Assembly: GCA_965198175.1 (NCBI GenBank)
Contig: OZ240245.1
Coordinates: 3,104,001-3,168,000, forward strand
Length of the DNA: 64,000 bases
Direction of reading: 5' to 3'
Source of the DNA: Candidatus Poribacteria bacterium
GTDB lineage: Bacteria > Poribacteria > WGA-4E > PCPOR2b
Shown here: positions 58,974 through 64,000 of the stretch, piece by piece
How the letters are laid out: the number at the start of each line of letters is the position of its first letter
Numbering within the stretch: position 1 is the first letter of the stretch
The notes under the pieces: model-generated
The model's database searches: none
Told to the model about the DNA's origin: nothing
The model's input: the letters and a program-made list of their open reading frames with translations, nothing else
Made by a program: the position numbers and the translations under genes

Positions 58974-60668
58974 CTAAAGAAAATCGAAGTCGCAACCCAG
59001 GTGGGCTTGTTCAACGTGATCGATATAGAGCTTGCCATAGCCTCTCTCGTAATGGTGAGCAGGGTGAGTGAGATTATCCCTGCGTTTCGCCAGTACCTCT
59101 GTGTCTACCAATAGTTCTAAGCGTTTATTGGGGACATCCAGTTCAATCAGGTCGCTGTCCTGTACCAGCGCTAGTGTGCCTCCAACAGCCGCTTCTGGTG
59201 ATACGTGCAGCACGACGGCGCCAAATGCCGTTCCACTCATGCGAGCGTCCGAGATACGAACGATATCTTTGACACCAGCCTGTAGGAGTTTTTTCGGAAT
59301 GGGCAGATAACCCGCTTCCGGCATTCCCGGTCCACCGATGGGTCCCGCGTTCTGAAGCACCATCACGTGTTCCTTTGTGACCTGTAGGTCCGGGGCATCA
59401 ATACGGTCGTGTAGGTCTTCAAGCGACTTAAAAACAATCGCGGGACCTCGATGGGAAAGTAGATTGGGAGAAGCGGCAGAACGTTTGATAACGGCGCCGT
59501 TTGGCGCGAGGTTGCCAAAGAGGCAGACGAGCGAACCCGCCCCGAACAGCGGTTTGTCTCTGGTTGTAATCACATCCTGCCAAGTTGGGGGTTGAGGAAC
59601 CCCGGACAGGTTTTCGCCGACAGTTGTTCCTAGGACAGTGAGTGCGTCTGGATGCAGAAAATCTTCCAGTGCTTTCATGACAACCGGAACCCCACCCGCC
59701 TTCCAGAAATCTTCCATATAATGCTGACCGCTCGGTCTAACGTTCACCAACACCGGCGTCTCATCGCTAACCCGATTAAAATCTTCGAGACTCAGTTGAA
59801 TCTTTAAGCGCCTTGCAATAGCCGTCAGGTGGATGACCGCATTCGTCGAACCGCCAATCGCCATGAGGACTCTCAGTGCGTTCTCGAATGATTTCTGCGT
59901 CATTATCTTTGACGGACGCAGTTGTTTTCGTATCATTGAGACAATGGTTTTGCCCGTAGCCTCTGCCTGTCGACGACGCTCCGCCATCACAGCAGGAATC
60001 GCGGCTCCGCCGGGCAGCATGATACCGAGCGCCTCTGCCATCGCTGCCATCGTACTAGCCGTTCCCATCACCATGCACGTGCCGGTACTGGCACATAGGC
60101 GACCCTCAATTTCATCGATTTCCTGCTTCCCGATTTCACCCGCGCGGTATTCTCTCCAGAATCGGCGACAATCGGTGCATGCTCCGAGCGGTTCGCCATG
60201 ATAATCTCCCGTTATCATTGGCCCTGCGACCAAACAGATTGCAGGCACATCCACACTTGCCGCACCCATCAACTGGGCGGGGACAGTCTTATCACAGCCG
60301 CCTAATAGGACGACGCCGTCCATCGGTTGGGCGCGAATCATCTCTTCTGTGTCCATCGCCATTAGGTTGCGGAACATCATGGTCGTGGGCGCCATAAACA
60401 TCTCTCCGAGCGAAATTGTCGGAAATTCGATTGGCAATCCGCCCTGAGACAATACACCCCTTTTGACCGCCTCGATTAGGTCACCGAAATTGTGATGACA
60501 ACTGTTAAAGCCGCTGAAGGTGTTGATGATTCCGACGATTGGTCGCTCAAGCTCCTCATCAGTGTACCCCATCGCCTTAAAAAACGCTTTGCGAATGTAT
60601 ACGCTAAACTCGGGGTCGCCGTAGTTCGTCAAGCCTTTTCTCATTCCTGTTGAACGATCTGATTCCAT
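58974..60668 (-). CDS. IlvD/Edd-family dehydratase (sugar-acid dehydratase-like)
   Basis: 'NSCH', '[10 protein letters not shown]', 'GGCDKTVPA', 'C.VMGTASTM', 'GGSTN..IHL', 'GNLAP.GAVIK', 'SDARMSGT'. Confidence 0.92.
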   Translation of the reverse strand: MESDRSTGMRKGLTNYGDPEFSVYIRKAFFKAMGYTDEELERPIVGIINTFSGFNSCHHNFGDLIEAVKRGVLSQGGLPIEFPTISLGEMFMAPTTMMFRNLMAMDTEEMIRAQPMDGVVLLGGCDKTVPAQLMGAASVDVPAICLVAGPMITGDYHGEPLGACTDCRRFWREYRAGEIGKQEIDEIEGRLCASTGTCMVMGTASTMAAMAEALGIMLPGGAAIPAVMAERRRQAEATGKTIVSMIRKQLRPSKIMTQKSFENALRVLMAIGGSTNAVIHLTAIARRLKIQLSLEDFNRVSDETPVLVNVRPSGQHYMEDFWKAGGVPVVMKALEDFLHPDALTVLGTTVGENLSGVPQPPTWQDVITTRDKPLFGAGSLVCLFGNLAPNGAVIKRSAASPNLLSHRGPAIVFKSLEDLHDRIDAPDLQVTKEHVMVLQNAGPIGGPGMPEAGYLPIPKKLLQAGVKDIVRISDARMSGTAFGAVVLHVSPEAAVGGTLALVQDSDLIELDVPNKRLELLVDTEVLAKRRDNLTHPAHHYERGYGKLYIDHVEQAHLGCDFDFL

Positions 60669-60792
60669 AGTGTCTTAGCCTTCCTTTAATCACCTATTCT
60701 GATCGCCATCGCTGAATCCGCAACCACATGTCAGGGCAACATTAGCAGAGTGAAGACGACTCAATCAAGATCCAATTTCACAGTGTTCAACG

Positions 60793-62733
60793 TCAGTTCA
60801 ACACGGGATGCCATCCCATATTATACGTTGTGATCTTTGTTACAGCGCTGATGATACTCCAGATGCCACCCATCGTATAATCTCCAAGTATCAAGCCGGC
60901 AAAGAATGGGATGGCTTTCCGATATGCCCTCAAACCGCCATACCTGAGGATTATGAACTTGAGCCACCAACTTATGAGGACTGGAACCCAGATGTAGACC
61001 ATCTCTGCCGGGCTTACGCCGAGCACATACCCCACCGGGTGGAAGGGCCACCAAAGGAACCGCATCTTCATCGCTAAGAAAAAGCCAGTGAGAACACAAC
61101 CTAGCCCCATAAAACCCATCGTCGCGTAATCTTGTCCCGTTGGAAAAGTCAACCAAGTTTGGAGGCGCTGCCCTAGACCTTCCCTTCCAACCCCCATGAT
61201 GAAGGATGTTGCCGGGTTCGCTGCGCCGTGGTGATACAATATGTCGAAGTATATCAGGAAAGTCGCCGGAATCCCGACGGCAAAAGTGATAATCACCGCC
61301 CAGAACAATCTCCGAGAGTTCATGTTGACCTGCTCACCAATCCGAAAAGCTTCGAGTTGACTTGGCATTGGATGCGCGGCCTGATCTCGATTGAGCCAAT
61401 ACAGAAATGAGAGAATGGTCAAGTTCCGGGGACCAAATGCCCGTGTACCCAACGATGTAACCATCGTCCGTCCAGGATCTACCCATAACAACTCATGCAC
61501 AGTAACGCCGAGGCTCGCTCTAATTTTACTTATGCCAATTGCCGTGCAGAAGTACAACAACAAGAACAGCAGCATCACCCAAATCGAGAAACTCGCTTTA
61601 TACGCGAACCAGACGAAAAACAGCAGTCCCCCTGCGATGCCCAAGAGCGCGGTCCGATAAGGCATCGGTTCTTTTGAGTCATCAATGCCCCCTTTTCCGG
61701 TAAATGCTTGTGTGAACACCCGTTTGAGGTGTCTACGTCCAACCCACAACGCCAAGATTCCCAGAGCGTTCCATGCACCTTGGGCTTGTTCATCGAGATA
61801 CAAATTCCGCCAGCCCATCGTGGCGCCTAAGAGTAGTTGTGTCAACTTTTTGAGGAAGTAAAAAAACCACGCGGAAAAGGCGAGATCTAGCGGCATAAAA
61901 AAGGAGAGCCCGATAACAAAAGGTTGGAACGAAATGCGCGTATAGACCATGTAACTCCACGGCTTCTCATTGAAACTGAACCGCGTCCACCCAACCGGGA
62001 CAGACGGCAGAGAGGGATACAGATTGCTCAACCCGTTCAACAAACTAATACCCGCCGCGATTCCAAAACCTATCCACATCAGCCTGTTTTTTAAGAAGGC
62101 GACAGGATCTCGGCCCATCTCCAGCGGCATCCAAGTAATCGGATAGGTGAGCCGCTCGTGCTCGGTAAATTGCCTTCGAATAATTGTGTTAATGCAAATG
62201 AGGACAAAGAAAAGGACAAAGGTAAAAGCCGACCAATACGCGATGGGTTTAAACCAGACGCTGAGAAAATGTGGGGTGAACAATGTCGTCTCCCCGTGAA
62301 AAAAGCCGATTAGCGCCTTCTCGTCTGTTGTCGTAAACCACTCGGGAATATATCGCCAGAAGAGATTGCGCCAATCATTTTCTGCAGTGGCAAACCAGTA
62401 TGGGTGGACGAGGGTTCCGACCAATTTGCTCATGGTCTGGTGTCCAGCTACGGTCGTTATCATGACAACCATGATGTAGACGACCAGGAGGTCGGAGTCC
62501 GACAGCGCGAATTTTCGAACCAATTTCCGCAGCAGAAGATTGAAGAGCGTCAGCACAAAAAACGTGAAAACGGCATTGCTGAACAGCGACATGTAATTGT
62601 GTTTTGGCCCTGTAATCAGGTCGTTTCTTCCGACCCAATAGGCGTTAGCAACGACAAAGATTAGTCCGATTACCACGGCCCGCAAGGCAATACTTCTTGA
62701 CGTGTCGCTACTGATAGGCGTGGATTGATTCAC
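60793..62733 (-). CDS. Polytopic membrane protein (DUF6785/DUF6784-like, putative transporter)
   Basis: Many TM helices; 'RRQF...ERLTYPI...P', 'WWPFHPVGY', 'RYGG...YR...PFF.GLILG'. Confidence 0.7.
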   Translation of the reverse strand: MNQSTPISSDTSRSIALRAVVIGLIFVVANAYWVGRNDLITGPKHNYMSLFSNAVFTFFVLTLFNLLLRKLVRKFALSDSDLLVVYIMVVMITTVAGHQTMSKLVGTLVHPYWFATAENDWRNLFWRYIPEWFTTTDEKALIGFFHGETTLFTPHFLSVWFKPIAYWSAFTFVLFFVLICINTIIRRQFTEHERLTYPITWMPLEMGRDPVAFLKNRLMWIGFGIAAGISLLNGLSNLYPSLPSVPVGWTRFSFNEKPWSYMVYTRISFQPFVIGLSFFMPLDLAFSAWFFYFLKKLTQLLLGATMGWRNLYLDEQAQGAWNALGILALWVGRRHLKRVFTQAFTGKGGIDDSKEPMPYRTALLGIAGGLLFFVWFAYKASFSIWVMLLFLLLYFCTAIGISKIRASLGVTVHELLWVDPGRTMVTSLGTRAFGPRNLTILSFLYWLNRDQAAHPMPSQLEAFRIGEQVNMNSRRLFWAVIITFAVGIPATFLIYFDILYHHGAANPATSFIMGVGREGLGQRLQTWLTFPTGQDYATMGFMGLGCVLTGFFLAMKMRFLWWPFHPVGYVLGVSPAEMVYIWVPVLISWWLKFIILRYGGLRAYRKAIPFFAGLILGDYTMGGIWSIISAVTKITTYNMGWHPVLN

Positions 62734-62986
62734 AAATCACCTGCCTTTGAAAGTGTACTGGAGTGTGTGGAGGAGTGATGCTATGAGGGGAAAGAAAAGC
62801 AGGTTCTTCACGGTGGTATCCATGATAGCCCAACCTCATATCTGCGCCGCTGAAGTATAGATATTATATTCCTCTAGACTGACTCAGTCAAGCGCAAAAC
62901 AGTCTCGTCGGATGTAGAATGTCCAATGCTCCAAAAGGGATGATAGCTGTCTGAAAAAAACATTCCATAAGCGGAGAAAGCCTCTT

Positions 62987-63703
62987 TTAATCGTAATGGT
63001 GTGCTGCCATGGCTTCCCGAAAGAAGTCAAAGTCATGTTCTCCGGTATCCGTTTTCCAGCGACCGACCGATTCTCGCCTGACAACAATTCTCGCTAAAGG
63101 AATACCCAAAAAATCCTCAAGACACTGGAGCGTCTCTTCGTGCTTGAGGATAAAATCCTCGAATCGGATGAGGATATAGTTTTTGGGTTTCGGCGTTGAT
63201 TTTACCAGTTCATATTGATACTGCCAGGAGATGGCTCGCCGCCTGCGGACGCTATTCGTCGCCGGGTAGTCCACTCCAAAATGGTGTAAGTCATCGGTGA
63301 TGTGATCGCCAAGAATACAATCTCTAGGATCTCGAATCCAGTGAATATACTTGATGTCTGGAAACATGCGTACAATCCACGGATAGACCAAGGTAGTCTC
63401 GGGTATTTTCCAACCTCTCTGCGCGGATTTACTGCTTAGAACATCCGCCAAATAGCTTTCAATTAGAGGCTTGAACTCCGCGTCAATCTCCATGGTGTGC
63501 AGCGGCGCCAAGTCCCATGACAACCCGCCGTCCCATTTAACGTGACCTCCCAACACTCGGCACGCATCGTACATGGCTTCTGGCGGAACTTTGTCGCCAG
63601 AGTGGTTCAGCGTGCTCCCCATATAAACTCCGCTAGCATACAATGTCTGTGAAATAGCGCGTGTGCCGGAGTGACCGCGTCCAATGACCGTGATTAAAGG
63701 CAT
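62987..63703 (-). CDS. Sulfotransferase-family protein
   Basis: PAPS 5'-PSB 'GRGHSGT', 'GWKIPET', 'IRDPRD', 'RFEDF', 'VGRWK'. Confidence 0.82.
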   Translation of the reverse strand: MPLITVIGRGHSGTRAISQTLYASGVYMGSTLNHSGDKVPPEAMYDACRVLGGHVKWDGGLSWDLAPLHTMEIDAEFKPLIESYLADVLSSKSAQRGWKIPETTLVYPWIVRMFPDIKYIHWIRDPRDCILGDHITDDLHHFGVDYPATNSVRRRRAISWQYQYELVKSTPKPKNYILIRFEDFILKHEETLQCLEDFLGIPLARIVVRRESVGRWKTDTGEHDFDFFREAMAAHHYD

Positions 63704-64000
63704 AATCCCCTCTTTTGCCTCTACGATTCAACGTTTTTGTGTTATATTATGCCCGATTATGCACTCGATTTCATCTATTTTCTTCCAAGCCTAGCAGAAG
63801 ACGAGTCGGCAACTATGTTGTATTGTATGTCAGGGTTAGTGTGGTAAATATGTTACAATTATGTTATACTGAAAAAAGGACAGCGAGCTATATTACACCA
63901 CACAGTATAGAAACGGCAGCGTGCGGAGGGGCTAACTTGAATTCAATTCATCGGAGTTAGTCAAATTTGCACCATCGCTCGGATAAGAGTTCTTAGAGAA

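Noticed and set aside
1..64000. TGA reassignment (alternative genetic code)
   Set aside because: Many conserved genes (e.g. lhr, obgE, proB, fic) end at TGA at their expected C-termini; only one internal TGA was seen.

Overview
64-kb window of a diderm bacterial chromosome using genetic code 11. PhyH-family, HEAT/TPR-repeat, DUF6785-like and PorV-like genes are reminiscent of Ca. Poribacteria, but that is an inference only. The housekeeping backbone is lhr, a DRG-like GTPase, a histidine kinase plus PorX-like response regulator, rng-rplU-rpmA, obgE-proB-proA, lgt, an IlvD-family dehydratase and a sulfotransferase. Two defence islands interrupt it. Island 1 (~22.3-38.6 kb) splits the normally contiguous rpmA-obgE pair. 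It carries an orphan higA, hicAB, a ThsB-like TIR gene translationally coupled to an unrecognised all-helical protein, and a restriction-like/BREX-related SNF2-DUF3883 helicase, DUF1156 methylase and DUF499 ATPase. XisH/XisI, an RloC-like ATPase-HEPN, an IS630 scrap and a REP-flanked RAYT pseudogene are nested inside that system. Island 2 (~46.7-57.2 kb) is a second, helicase-less DUF499/DUF1156 cluster: a HEPN-fused DUF499, an ABC ATPase plus small PD-(D/E)XK-like protein, and a methylase frameshifted in a T6 run. It is followed by fic and a GIY-YIG gene tied to three 70-bp palindromic repeats. Several dispersed repeat families, partial-duplication scars and two candidate structured RNAs were also seen. 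No rRNA, tRNA or CRISPR array was found.
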